DNA of 64,000 nucleotides, from assembly GCA_965202665.1 (NCBI GenBank), contig OZ241841.1:1632001-1696000 (forward strand), given 5' to 3'. The stretch's first letter is position 1. Every line of letters begins with the position of its first letter. The stretch comes from Candidatus Spongiisociaceae bacterium. Lineage in GTDB: Bacteria; Actinomycetota; Acidimicrobiia; Spongiisociales; Spongiisociaceae. The notes beneath the pieces were generated by a model, which did not search any database, was not told the origin of the DNA, and saw only the letters and a list, made by a program, of their open reading frames with translations. Of this stretch, positions 1-9,043 are shown piece after piece. The translations under genes were made by a program, and so were the position numbers.

Positions 1-361
1 CCACCTCGGCGTAATACTCCACGTTGGCCGCCGACGGGACGAAGTCCAGCAGGTCGCTCAAAAACAGCGCCCCCCCGATGCGCTCCAAATCACCGGACCG
101 CTGCAGGACGTCGCTGATGGTCACCGGGTCGATGGGTTGCCGGCCGTGATAGAGCTCGGCGACCGCCCGGAAGACGATCTGATGGGCCGGTACGTAGAAG
201 TCCTCCGGGCTCAGCGCGCCCACCACTTCGTCGGCGGCCCCCGCGGCGCGCAGGATCGCCCCCAGCACCGACTTTTCGGCTTCCAGGCTGTGCGGCGGGG
301 CCCCGTTCGGCCGGGGCCGTTCGGCCACCGCAGTGTCGTCCATGTATTCGTATTCCTGCAT
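1..361 (-). CDS. dnaB: Replicative DNA helicase, N-terminal part (runs off the left edge)
   Basis: Manual translation of the minus strand: MQEYEYMDD...PPHSLEAEKSVLGAIL...LSPEDFYVPAHQIVFRAV...PIDPVTI...PSAANVEYYAEV, the classic DnaB N-terminus. GGAGG lies 8 nt before ATG 361 (alternative ATG 343). Follows rplI. Confidence 0.95.
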   Translation of the reverse strand, partial: MQEYEYMDDTAVAERPRPNGAPPHSLEAEKSVLGAILRAAGAADEVVGALSPEDFYVPAHQIVFRAVAELYHGRQPIDPVTISDVLQRSGDLERIGGALFLSDLLDFVPSAANVEYYAEV

Positions 362-391
362 CCGGCCGTCCTCCCTTGATGAACATGGCCC

Positions 392-413
392 ATTGTCGCC
401 AAAGGGTGTGACA
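392..413 (-). promoter_or_regulatory. Candidate promoter motif TGTCAC-N10-GACAAT upstream of dnaB (PafBC/RecA-NDp-like geometry)
   Basis: Minus strand reads TGTCAC accctttggc GACAAT about 30 nt before the dnaB start; the same architecture occurs before ssb. Confidence 0.45.
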
Positions 414-638
414 AAACGGCCGGCGACGCATCCCGGCCGCGCAAGCGGGGAGCCGGGTTTGGTTGCGCATCGGGGAAACCGCCGTTGGGCACATCCCGCG
501 GGAAAGTCCGCCCAGGGGAACGGCGGCGTTCAACAATGTATGCGGTCCCGGCCGTTCGCCGCCCGCGCCGGGTGGGATTTTTTTCCCATTTTGCGTTGAT
601 TTTTCCCGCTCTCGGCCCCCGGCGGGGGGACGGGCCGG

Positions 639-1085
639 TCAGTCGGGTATGACCTCGATGGCCAGCGGGAAACGAACTTCTTTGTGGGGGGCGATGGTCA
701 CTTCGTGCGACCCAATGGTTTTGATCGGTTCCTCCAGCCGCACCGCGTTGCGTTCGATGACCACCGCGGTGATGCTTTTCACCGCGTCCACCACTTCGGT
801 GACTCCTATGGAACCGAACAGTTTGCCTTCGTCGCCGGCCCGGGCGGCGATTACGATGCGGGTGTCGGCCAGTTGCCCGGCCAGGTTCTGCGCCTCCTCC
901 ACTTCCCGTTGGCGGATGGCCTCTTTGAGGCGCAGGGCCGCCTCCATTTGGCGCAGGGCCCCGGGGGTGGCTTTCACCGCCAATTGTTGCGGCAACAGGA
1001 AGTTGCGTCCGTAACCGGTGGACACGTCCACCACCGCCCCCTTGGCCCCCAGCCCCTCCACGTCGGCGGTCAGGATCAGTTTCAT
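639..1085 (-). CDS. rplI: 50S ribosomal protein L9
   Basis: [33 protein letters not shown]...GKLFGSIG...IKTIGSHEV; start ATG 1085 overlaps the rpsR stop. Confidence 0.97.
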   Translation of the reverse strand: MKLILTADVEGLGAKGAVVDVSTGYGRNFLLPQQLAVKATPGALRQMEAALRLKEAIRQREVEEAQNLAGQLADTRIVIAARAGDEGKLFGSIGVTEVVDAVKSITAVVIERNAVRLEEPIKTIGSHEVTIAPHKEVRFPLAIEVIPD

Positions 1086-1366
1086 CGCTGGTTGCCGATG
1101 TAGGGGAGCAGGGCCATCTCGCGGGCGTTTTTGATGGCGATGGACATCCTCCGCTGGTATTGGGCGCAGGCCCCGGTCACCCGGCGGGGGCGGATTTTGC
1201 CCCGGTCGGACAGAAACCTCCGCAAGGCGGCCACGTCCTTGTAGTCCACATAGGGGACCCGGGTGTTGTCGCACTTCATCTGGCGGCAACCGGGACAGGG
1301 CTTCTTGCGGTAGGTTTTGTTCAAAGGGGGGCGCCTCCGCCGGGAGGCGGAGCCTCTGCGAGCCAT
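1082..1366 (-). CDS. rpsR: 30S ribosomal protein S18
   Basis: [26 protein letters not shown]...[12 protein letters not shown] signature; operon position. Confidence 0.97.
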   Translation of the reverse strand: MARRGSASRRRRPPLNKTYRKKPCPGCRQMKCDNTRVPYVDYKDVAALRRFLSDRGKIRPRRVTGACAQYQRRMSIAIKNAREMALLPYIGNQR

Positions 1367-1419
1367 CGTTTATTCCTCCATTGTCCGAGTTTGCTTTGCG
1401 GGACCGGTCGAATCAGGGC

Positions 1420-1884
1420 CTAGAAGGCGGCGTCGTCATCGTCCCGGTAGTTGCCGCCGCGTCCGCCTCCCACCCCCGCCGGTTGCCGGTTGCCGTCCGA
1501 GCGGTACTCGTTGGCGTCGCGGCGGAAGGTGCGGGTCACTTGGGCGGTGGCCCATTTCAGACTGGGCGCGATCTCTTCGATGCGCACCTCGATCATGGAA
1601 CGGCGTTCGCCCTGCTCGTTCTCCCAGTTGCGTTGCTGCAAAGTGCCGGAGATCACCACCCGCATCCCTTTCTGCAGGGATTCGGCCACGTTCTCGGCCA
1701 TCTCCGCCCAGCAGGTGCCGCTGAAGAAGCTGGCCTCCTCCTGCCACTCTTTGCTGCTCTTGTCGAACCAGCGGCGGTTGACCGCCAGCCGAACCTTGGC
1801 CATCGCGTGCCCGTTGGGAGTGAACCGCAGTTCCGGGTCTTCAACTAGGTTGCCTACGAGCGTGACCGAATTTTCACCAGCCAT
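1420..1884 (-). CDS. ssb: Single-stranded DNA-binding protein
   Basis: VTLVGNLVEDPELRFTPNG...AENVAESLQKGMRVVISG...IAPSLKWATA (actinobacterial-type SSB) with acidic C-terminal tail. Confidence 0.97.
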   Translation of the reverse strand: MAGENSVTLVGNLVEDPELRFTPNGHAMAKVRLAVNRRWFDKSSKEWQEEASFFSGTCWAEMAENVAESLQKGMRVVISGTLQQRNWENEQGERRSMIEVRIEEIAPSLKWATAQVTRTFRRDANEYRSDGNRQPAGVGGGRGGNYRDDDDAAF

Positions 1885-1957
1885 TTTCCTGTCTCCTTGC
1901 TCTCGTGTTTCCGTTGGTTTGCGTTTTGGGGAAGTGGGGAATGTATCCCATGGTTGT

Positions 1958-1979
1958 ATGGTGCCTCAGTGCTGTGACA
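1958..1979 (-). promoter_or_regulatory. Candidate internal promoter motif TGTCAC-N10-CACCAT upstream of ssb
   Basis: Minus strand reads TGTCAC agcactgagg CACCAT, overlapping the 3' end of rpsF about 75 nt before the ssb start. Confidence 0.45.
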
Positions 1980-2316
1980 TTTTTTCCTCCTCGGTCGCAA
2001 CGCCCGCCCCGGCCGCCGGTTTCCCCTGGTCGTCGGGCCTAATTATCTTGTGGCGCAACACGTTGTCCGCCAGGGAGAGGTTGCGGTCCAAGACGGACAC
2101 ATGCCCCGGTTCGCCCCGGAAGACGATCACCGCATAGTAGCCCTCCCGGGCGTGGTCGATTTCGTAGGCCAGATGCCGGCGGCCCCAAAAATCCAATGTC
2201 ACATCTTCCGCCCCCGATTCGGTCAGCGACTCCGCTAAACCGTTCGCCGCCCCCTCCGCTTCCTCGTCGGACAGCTCGGGGCGGTAGATCGCCATCAGTT
2301 CATAGGTACGCGTCAC
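1966..2316 (-). CDS. rpsF: 30S ribosomal protein S6
   Basis: RTYELMAIYRPEL...WGRRHLAYEI...EGYY...VLRHKII; GTG at 2316 preceded by AAGGAGGT. Confidence 0.96.
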   Translation of the reverse strand: MTRTYELMAIYRPELSDEEAEGAANGLAESLTESGAEDVTLDFWGRRHLAYEIDHAREGYYAVIVFRGEPGHVSVLDRNLSLADNVLRHKIIRPDDQGKPAAGAGVATEEEKMSQH

Positions 2317-2324
2317 TGCGCACA

Positions 2325-2395
2325 CACCTCCTTCGGACATCCCGGCCGCCTCCGAAGAAACCGGCCTGGGGAAGGCTCCCGGCGGGAGCAGGACG
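2325..2395 (-). promoter_or_regulatory. Probable S6:S18-binding rpsF leader (autogenous translational operator)
   Basis: Leader reads CCTT-CCCC-[GGCCG...CGGCC hairpin]-...CCG-AAGGAGG: a stem sequestering the SD with C-rich/CCG internal-loop sides, as described for rpsF leaders. Judged by eye. Confidence 0.45.
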
Positions 2396-2486
2396 TCTTG
2401 TCAACCCGTATCGGGTTGGCGGCTCTTTCCAGGGGATGATACCACCTTTTTTCGGCAACGCGCGCCGCCGGGCCGGGAGGGCGGTT

Positions 2487-3683
2487 TCAGGGGTGCGGGA
2501 CCAGTTCCACCAGAAACAGGTTCGGCCAAAATTTGCCGGTCAGGTAGAAGAGATTCCGGTCGGGGCGGTAGGCGATTCCGTTCAACACGTCGATGCCTTC
2601 CCGGTCGGACAGCAGGTCGGCTAGGCCGGAGCCGTCGATGAGGGCGGTCACGGTTCCGTCCGCCGGGTCGATCGCCGCAATGGAGTCGGTCAGCCAAATG
2701 TTGGCGTAGACCAGGCCGTTTGCGCATTCCAACTCGTTCAGGTTGGACACCGGCTGGCCGTCCCGGGTCACTTCCACCGTCCCCAGCGGTTGAAAGGTTT
2801 CCAGGTGGCGGAAGGTGAGGACGGAGCTCCCGTCGCTCATCACGAACCGGTCCTCCTGCGCGCACAGGCCCCATCCTTCTCCCCGGTAGTCGTAGGTTCC
2901 CAGGGGCTCCAAGGTGCCCGCCTCCCAGATGAAGGCGGTTTCCTCCTGCCAGGTCAACTGCACCACCCGCCCGTCCGCCACCTCCAAACCTTCTCCGAAA
3001 TACTGTTCGGGGAGGGTTTGCTCCCGTATCACCCCTCCGGTGGCGGGGTCCACTATCCGCACCGCGGAGCTCCCGTAGAGTCCGGAGCTCTCGTAGAACA
3101 TTCCTTGGCGCCAAACCAGCCCCTGGGTGAAGGACGTCCGGTCATGGGGCAGCCGTTCCACCACTTGCGGCAGGTAACGCCGGGGCGGGTCTGGTTCCGC
3201 GGGGGGTTCGGCGGCGGTGGTCGTGGTTGGGGCGGTGGTCGGAGGGACGGTCGCCGCGGTGGTTGCGGGGGCGGGGACTTCGCTGGTTGGCGGCGGCGGG
3301 TTGGTCGCGGCGGTTGTCGGGCCGGTAGTTGCGACGACGGTGGTTTCAGGCGGGGAGGGGACGGTCCCGGTGGTCGCGGCGGCTGTGGTTGCGACGACGT
3401 TCGGGCCGGTGGTTGCAATGGAGGGGCCGTTGTTGATTTCGGGTTCACGCGCGCTCAGTTCCGTCTCGCTTGAAGGGCCGGTGGTTTTAGTGGAGGCTTC
3501 GGTGTTGATTTCGGGGGTCGCGGTCGTCGGCGCGGCGGAGGCGGGGGCGGAGGATGGAGCGGCGGGCGGGACCGTTTCCACAGTGGTGGGGGAGGGGGAA
3601 GACGCGCCGCAGGCGGCCAAGGTCCCGATCAGGCAGGCGGCCCCCAAGAGGCGCAATCGGAACCGTCCGGGGCGGCGGGGCAT
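2487..3683 (-). CDS. Glutaminyl-peptide cyclotransferase (type II, beta-propeller) lipoprotein with long Thr/Pro/Ala linker
   Basis: Lipobox LAAC; motifs PHDRTSFTQGL, YESSGLYG, FGEGL, QLTWQE, EGWGL, SDGSS, LNELE, VLNGIAY, TGKFWP. Confidence 0.92.
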   Translation of the reverse strand: MPRRPGRFRLRLLGAACLIGTLAACGASSPSPTTVETVPPAAPSSAPASAAPTTATPEINTEASTKTTGPSSETELSAREPEINNGPSIATTGPNVVATTAAATTGTVPSPPETTVVATTGPTTAATNPPPPTSEVPAPATTAATVPPTTAPTTTTAAEPPAEPDPPRRYLPQVVERLPHDRTSFTQGLVWRQGMFYESSGLYGSSAVRIVDPATGGVIREQTLPEQYFGEGLEVADGRVVQLTWQEETAFIWEAGTLEPLGTYDYRGEGWGLCAQEDRFVMSDGSSVLTFRHLETFQPLGTVEVTRDGQPVSNLNELECANGLVYANIWLTDSIAAIDPADGTVTALIDGSGLADLLSDREGIDVLNGIAYRPDRNLFYLTGKFWPNLFLVELVPHP

Positions 3684-3697
3684 GAGGCGGCTTCGGG

Positions 3698-4582
3698 TCA
3701 GGGGCGGTCCATCAGACGGTTCAGGCCGGCCGAACGCACCCGTTCAATGTCCTCCTCGTATTTGAGTATCACGCCCAGCGTGTCGGAGGCCGCCTCCGGG
3801 GACAGGGCCTCCACTCCCAGCGTCCGCAGGGCGGTCGCCCAGTCCAAAGTTTCCGCCACCCCCGGCGGTTTGAACAGGTCCATGTCCCGCAGTTTTTCCA
3901 TCGCCCGGGCCAGTTCCTCCGCCAAGGCTTGGTCTACCCCCGGCACTTTGCCGCGTACGATTTCCACTTCCCGGTCAAAGGCCGGGTAGTCGATCCAGTG
4001 GTAAAGGCAGCGGCGCTTGAGGGCGTCGTGGATTTCCCGGGTGCGGTTGCAGGTGATGACCACCACCGGCGGCTCGGCGGCGGAGATGGTGCCCACTTCC
4101 GGGATGGTGATTTGGAAGTCGGACAGCACTTCCAACAGGTAGGCCTCGAATTCTTCATCGGCCCGGTCCAGCTCGTCGATCAGCAACACCGGCCGCGCCC
4201 CGTCCGCGGCCAGTTCGATGGCTTCCAGGAGGGGGCGGGCGATCAGGTAGTCGCGGGTCATAATCCCGGAAATGTCGGCCGCTTCCCGCTCGCCCCGGGC
4301 TTCGATGAGGCGGATGGCCAGCATCTGGCGGGCGTAGTCCCATTCGTATATGGCGTGTCCGGCGTCCAGGCCTTCGTAACACTGCAGGCGGATCAGGGGC
4401 TGCCCCAACATCGCCGACAGCACTTTGGCCAACTCGGTTTTGCCCACCCCGGCTTCGCCTTCCAGGAACAGGGGGCGGCCCAACTGCAACGCCAGATGGG
4501 TGGCTACCGCCAGGGAGCGGTCGGTCACGTACCGGTGCCCGGCCAGGGCGGCCGCCACTTCTTCAACTGTTGCGGGGAACAT
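3698..4582 (-). CDS. MoxR-family AAA+ ATPase (CoxD-like)
   Basis: Walker A LFLEGEAGVGKT, RLQCYEGLD...YEWDY, Walker B LLIDELDRADEEFEA, TREIHDALKRRC; start set at ATG 4582. Confidence 0.92.
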   Translation of the reverse strand: MFPATVEEVAAALAGHRYVTDRSLAVATHLALQLGRPLFLEGEAGVGKTELAKVLSAMLGQPLIRLQCYEGLDAGHAIYEWDYARQMLAIRLIEARGEREAADISGIMTRDYLIARPLLEAIELAADGARPVLLIDELDRADEEFEAYLLEVLSDFQITIPEVGTISAAEPPVVVITCNRTREIHDALKRRCLYHWIDYPAFDREVEIVRGKVPGVDQALAEELARAMEKLRDMDLFKPPGVAETLDWATALRTLGVEALSPEAASDTLGVILKYEEDIERVRSAGLNRLMDRP

Positions 4583-4623
4583 TCCCGACAGGTTACACGA
4601 CCGGCGCGCGGCGATAGGCGGGG

Positions 4624-5502
4624 CTACGGGGCGGGGAAGGGAGTTTCGGGGAGTCCGACCGGCCCCGGTTGGTAGATGAGGATGTTTCCGCACTGGGGGC
4701 CGGGTTCCCCTCCTTTGCGGGCGGTGGTGGCGAACAGCAGGTCCAAGCCGGCCCCTCCGAAGGCCGGGCAGGTGGGGCGGGGGGCGGGGGTTTCTATGAC
4801 CCGGTCCATTTTTCCATCGGGGCGGTAGCGGGTGATGCGCCCCGAGCCCCATTCGGCGTTCCACAGCATTCCTTCGGCGTCGACGGCCGAGCCGTCCGGG
4901 GCGGCCCTTCCCGCGGCGGGCTGGGTTACTTCGGCGAAAAGGCGGAAAGGGCCGGGTTGGCCGGTTGCGGGGTCGTAGGGGGCGCGGAGGATGCGCCGCT
5001 CCCAAGAGTCGGCCATGTACATCACGTCGCCGGCCGGGGAGAAGCAGATGCTGTTGGGCACTCCCATCTCCCGACGGTGGCGGGTGAGGGAGAGGTCGCC
5101 GTCCAACCGGTAGAGGGAGCCGGTGCGGTCGGCTTCGGCGTCGTCCATGGTGCCCGTCCAAAAGCGCCCGGCGCGGTCGGTGCGTCCGTCGTTGAACCGG
5201 TTGCCCGGCTGGCCGGTTTCCGGGTCGGCCAGAAACTCCCGGTTGCGAAACCCGTCATCTCCGACTTCCGTCATCCACAGTCCGTCTTGGGCGGCGGCCA
5301 GAAGACGCCCCGGGACGGAGGTGAGGGCTATGGAGCCGAGCCGCCGTCCGGTGGGCCAGGTTTCCCATCGCCCCGACTGCATCTCCCAGCGTCCGAGGCG
5401 CTCTCCGTGGATGTCCAGCCAGTAGAGAACCCCCAGACGCCCGTCCCATAGGGGGCATTCCCCCAGCGTATTCCCCGTTTCCAGTATCTCCACCGGTTTC
5501 AC
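4624..5502 (-). CDS. SMP-30/gluconolactonase/LRE family protein
   Basis: LGECPLWD...LYWLDI, NRFNDGRTD..GRFWTGTM, PNSICFSP, PDGSAVDAEG, PTCPAFGG. Confidence 0.92.
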   Translation of the reverse strand: MKPVEILETGNTLGECPLWDGRLGVLYWLDIHGERLGRWEMQSGRWETWPTGRRLGSIALTSVPGRLLAAAQDGLWMTEVGDDGFRNREFLADPETGQPGNRFNDGRTDRAGRFWTGTMDDAEADRTGSLYRLDGDLSLTRHRREMGVPNSICFSPAGDVMYMADSWERRILRAPYDPATGQPGPFRLFAEVTQPAAGRAAPDGSAVDAEGMLWNAEWGSGRITRYRPDGKMDRVIETPAPRPTCPAFGGAGLDLLFATTARKGGEPGPQCGNILIYQPGPVGLPETPFPAP

Positions 5503-5659
5503 CGGCCCTCCTCTCCAGCAACCGCGCCCATCCTACCGCCCCCCGCCTCTCCGTAGCCGCCCTGATGGCGGAGAGGGGCGTTTTGCTAACATTGCGTCGG
5601 TTTGTTATCCTGGTCCCCGCCCCAACCCCTGACCCGTATCAGCCCCGACGCGAAGGAAG

Positions 5660-6700
5660 ATGACCGTGGAAGCAATGGTGGAAGCGACCGGTTTGGTCAA
5701 ACGGTACGGGGATGTAACCGCGCTGGACGGTTTGGATTTGGTGGTCCCCAAAGGGACCGTGCTGGGTCTTTTGGGCCCCAACGGGGCGGGCAAGACCACG
5801 GCCGTGTCCATTCTTTCCACCCTGTTGGAGCCGGATGGGGGATCGGCCCGGGTGGCCGGATGCGACGTGTTGGCCGAGCCGGCCCAGGTGCGGAAAAAGA
5901 TCGGCCTGTCCGGGCAGTACGCGGCGGTGGACGAGCACCTGACCGGCTATGAAAATTTGGATATGATCGGGCGCTTGTACCGGTTGGGCGGCTCCCGCTC
6001 CAAAGAACGGGCCAAGGAGTTGCTGGAGGTTTTCGATTTGGAGGAGGCCGGTTACCGGCCGGTCAAGACCTATTCGGGGGGGATGCGGCGCCGTTTGGAT
6101 TTGGCCTGCGCCTTGGTGGCCCAGCCGCCGGTTCTGTTCCTGGACGAGCCGACCACCGGCCTGGATCCGCGCAGCCGGCTGGCGTTGTGGGAGGTCATCG
6201 GAGTTCTGGTGGAGCAGGGCCGCACCCTCCTGCTCACCACCCAGTACATGGAGGAGGCCGAGCATTTGGCGGACGACATCGTGGTCATCGACCGGGGGAG
6301 GGCCATCGCCCGGGGCTCCCCCGACGATTTGAAGGTGCAGTTGGGAGGGGAGCGGATCGAGATTTCCACCGCCACCGAGGCCGGACTGGGCCGGGCCAGG
6401 GAAGCCCTGGGCCGGTATGCGGTGGGGGAGATGCAGGTTTACGAGCGCACCCGGACGGTGGTGGCCCCCATCACCGGCGGGGCGGCCGTGCTTACGCAGG
6501 CCTTGAAGGCTTTGGAGGAGGCGCAGGTGACGGTGGTGGACGCCGGTTTGCGCCGTCCCACCCTCAACGATGTGTTCCTCACCCTGACCGGACGAGCGGC
6601 CGAACCGCAAGATGAGGAGGAGGATGAGGAAACGGAGGCCGCCTCCGGAGAAGCCGGCGAAGAACCCGGCAAGCCCGCCGGGGAGGAGGCGACGGGATGA
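5660..6700 (+). CDS. ABC exporter ATP-binding protein (DrrA-like)
   Basis: GPNGAGKTT, YSGGMRRRLDLA, LFLDEPTTGLDP, LLTTQYMEEAE, RPTLNDVFLTLTG. Confidence 0.93.
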   Translation: MTVEAMVEATGLVKRYGDVTALDGLDLVVPKGTVLGLLGPNGAGKTTAVSILSTLLEPDGGSARVAGCDVLAEPAQVRKKIGLSGQYAAVDEHLTGYENLDMIGRLYRLGGSRSKERAKELLEVFDLEEAGYRPVKTYSGGMRRRLDLACALVAQPPVLFLDEPTTGLDPRSRLALWEVIGVLVEQGRTLLLTTQYMEEAEHLADDIVVIDRGRAIARGSPDDLKVQLGGERIEISTATEAGLGRAREALGRYAVGEMQVYERTRTVVAPITGGAAVLTQALKALEEAQVTVVDAGLRRPTLNDVFLTLTGRAAEPQDEEEDEETEAASGEAGEEPGKPAGEEATG

Positions 6701-7503
6701 AAGAGTTTCTGTGGGCCGTCTCCGACGGGGCGGTAATCGCCAAACGCAACGTGATCAAAATCCGGCGGGTGCCGGAGGTGCTGGTGTTCGTTTTGCTGTC
6801 GCCGGTGATGTTCGTGTTGCTGTTCGCCTTTGTTTTCGGCAGCGCCATCGACGTGCCGGGCGTCTCCTACCGCGAATTCCTGATCGCGGGCATCTTCGCC
6901 CAGACGGCGGTGTTCGGGGCCACTTTCACCGGGGCCAGCCTGGCGGAGGACATGCAGAAGGGGATCATCGACCGCTTCCGGTCATTGCCCATGTCGCGCA
7001 GCGCGGTGCTGGTGGGGCGCACCGTCAGCGATGTGGTCTACAACGTGCTGTCGCTGTTGGTGATGATGATCACCGGGCTGATTATCGGCTGGCGGATCCG
7101 GGGGAGCCTGTTGGACGCGCTGGCCGGGTTCGGCCTGTTGCTCCTGTTCGCCTACGCCTTCTCCTGGGTGATGGCCTGGTTGGGGATGATCGTGCCCAGC
7201 CCGGAGGTGCTCAACAACGCCTCCTTCATGGTCATCCTGCCGGTCACTTTCGTAGCCAACACTTTCGTGCCGTCCGAGAACCTGCCCGCCCCTTTGCGGG
7301 TGTTCGCCGAGTGGAACCCGATTTCGGCGGTCACCCAGGCGGTGCGCAACCTGTTCGGCAACATCCCCGCCGGAACCCCCCCGCCCGACACCTGGCCCCT
7401 GCAGAACGCGGTTCTTTACACTTTTCTGTGGGTGGCGATCATCATCCTCGTTTTCGGCCCCCTGTCCATCAACCGCTACCGTAAAGTGGGACGCCGCTCC
7501 TGA
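6697..7503 (+). CDS. ABC-2 exporter permease (DrrB-like)
   Basis: About six hydrophobic segments; DMQKGIIDRFRSLPMSRSAVLVGR, FAEWNPIS; ATGA overlap with the ATPase. Confidence 0.92.
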   Translation: MKEFLWAVSDGAVIAKRNVIKIRRVPEVLVFVLLSPVMFVLLFAFVFGSAIDVPGVSYREFLIAGIFAQTAVFGATFTGASLAEDMQKGIIDRFRSLPMSRSAVLVGRTVSDVVYNVLSLLVMMITGLIIGWRIRGSLLDALAGFGLLLLFAYAFSWVMAWLGMIVPSPEVLNNASFMVILPVTFVANTFVPSENLPAPLRVFAEWNPISAVTQAVRNLFGNIPAGTPPPDTWPLQNAVLYTFLWVAIIILVFGPLSINRYRKVGRRS

Positions 7504-7630
7504 CCCCGCCCGCCGGGCCGGCCTTCGGCGGCGGTGAGCGGCGGATGCCGGAAAGGGCGCCGCGTCTTATCTATAATCGGCCCGGTCGGGACGAACGGAG
7601 GGAGTCGTCCGGCGCGACGGCGGAGCGAGA

Positions 7631-7996
7631 GTGAGCGAATACTTTCAGGACTACATAGCGGTGGCGGCCTTCGCCGCCTTCGGCTTGGCCTTGGTGGCGG
7701 CCACCTTGGGCGTCACCTACCTGGTGCGGCCCTCCAACCCCACCAAGGAGAAGGTGACCACATACGAATGCGGGGTGGATCCGGTGGGGGAAGGCTGGAG
7801 CCACACCTTCGTCCGCTACTACATTTTCGGTTTGCTGTTCGTGCTGTTCGATGTGGAGGCGGTGTTCATTTTCCCCTGGGCGGTGTCGGCCGAGTCGCTG
7901 GGGTTGCCGGGGGCGATAGCGATGGCGGTGTTCATCCTCACCCTGTTGGAGGGGTTGCTGTACGCCATCCGCAAAGGGGTGTTGCGATGGGAGTAG
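7631..7996 (+). CDS. nuoA: NADH-quinone oxidoreductase subunit A
   Basis: [40 protein letters not shown]. Confidence 0.96.
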   Translation: MSEYFQDYIAVAAFAAFGLALVAATLGVTYLVRPSNPTKEKVTTYECGVDPVGEGWSHTFVRYYIFGLLFVLFDVEAVFIFPWAVSAESLGLPGAIAMAVFILTLLEGLLYAIRKGVLRWE

Positions 7997-8487
7997 TGGC
8001 GGAGCGTTTCGGGGGCGTCAAGCCGGTTTCCTGGTTGCTGAACTGGTCGCGCCGCTATTCGCTGTGGCTGTTCCAGTTCGGTTTGGCCTGTTGCGCCATC
8101 GAAATGATGGCCGCCTCCGGGCCCCGCTACGACTTTATGCGGTTCGGCATCATCCCCCTCCCCGCCTCCCCCCGCCAGGCGGATCTGATGGTGGTGGCGG
8201 GCACGGTCACCGACAAGATGGCCCCCGCCATCCGCCGCTTGTACGAGCAGATGCCCGAACCCAAATACGTGATTTCCATGGGGTCGTGCTCCAACTGCGG
8301 CGGTCCCTACTGGGATTCCTATTCGGTCACCAAAGGGGTGGACCAGATCATACCGGTGGATGTCTACGTGCCGGGTTGCCCGCCCCGCCCGGAGGCCCTG
8401 ATGGAGGGGATCGTGCTCCTCCAGGAGAAAATCAAAGGCGAAGACGTCCGCGAGAAATGGCGAAGCCGTGACCGACAGCCCGTCTGA
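7987..8487 (+). CDS. nuoB: NADH-quinone oxidoreductase subunit B
   Basis: [39 protein letters not shown]; ATG 7987 overlaps nuoA. Confidence 0.96.
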   Translation: MGVVAERFGGVKPVSWLLNWSRRYSLWLFQFGLACCAIEMMAASGPRYDFMRFGIIPLPASPRQADLMVVAGTVTDKMAPAIRRLYEQMPEPKYVISMGSCSNCGGPYWDSYSVTKGVDQIIPVDVYVPGCPPRPEALMEGIVLLQEKIKGEDVREKWRSRDRQPV

Positions 8488-9043
8488 GCCGCCGCAAACC
8501 CCCGCCCCCGGCCTGGCCGTCGCCTTGGCCGAGGCGGTGGGGGGAACCCCGGTGGAAATCAACCGGACTTGGAAGGTGCGGGTGGGGCCGTCCGCGTGGC
8601 GGGAGGCGGCGGCCAAAGCCCGGGACGAATTCGGCCTGGTGTTTCTGTCCTGGCTTTCGGCCACCGACTGGGCCAACCAGACGGCGGTGGGCGACCCCCC
8701 CGACGAGGAAGTGGCGGAACGCTTCGAACTGCTGTGCGCGGTGTCCGACTTGGAGGCGGGCGACTTGGTGATACTGTCCGCCGACCTGGACAAAGACTCG
8801 CCCCGGGCAGACAGCATTTCCGACATTTATCCGGGGGCCAACTGGCACGAACGGGAGGCGGCGGAAATGTTCGGCATCGACTTCGCCGGCCACCCCGATC
8901 TGGACAAGCTGTACCTGCCGGAGGAGTTCCAGGGACACCCGTTGCGCAAAAGTTACCCGTTGCTCAGCCGGGAGGTGAAGCCCTGGCCGGGCGCGGTGGA
9001 TGTGGAAGACATGCCCCCGGCGACCGAAAACCCGGAGGCGTGA
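8468..9043 (+). CDS. nuoC: NADH-quinone oxidoreductase subunit C
   Basis: [20 protein letters not shown]...[10 protein letters not shown]. Confidence 0.95.
   Translation: MTDSPSEPPQTPAPGLAVALAEAVGGTPVEINRTWKVRVGPSAWREAAAKARDEFGLVFLSWLSATDWANQTAVGDPPDEEVAERFELLCAVSDLEAGDLVILSADLDKDSPRADSISDIYPGANWHEREAAEMFGIDFAGHPDLDKLYLPEEFQGHPLRKSYPLLSREVKPWPGAVDVEDMPPATENPEA

Noticed and set aside
362-638. oriC or DnaA-box cluster upstream of dnaB
   Set aside because: No TTATCCACA-like boxes and no substantial AT-rich unwinding element were seen.
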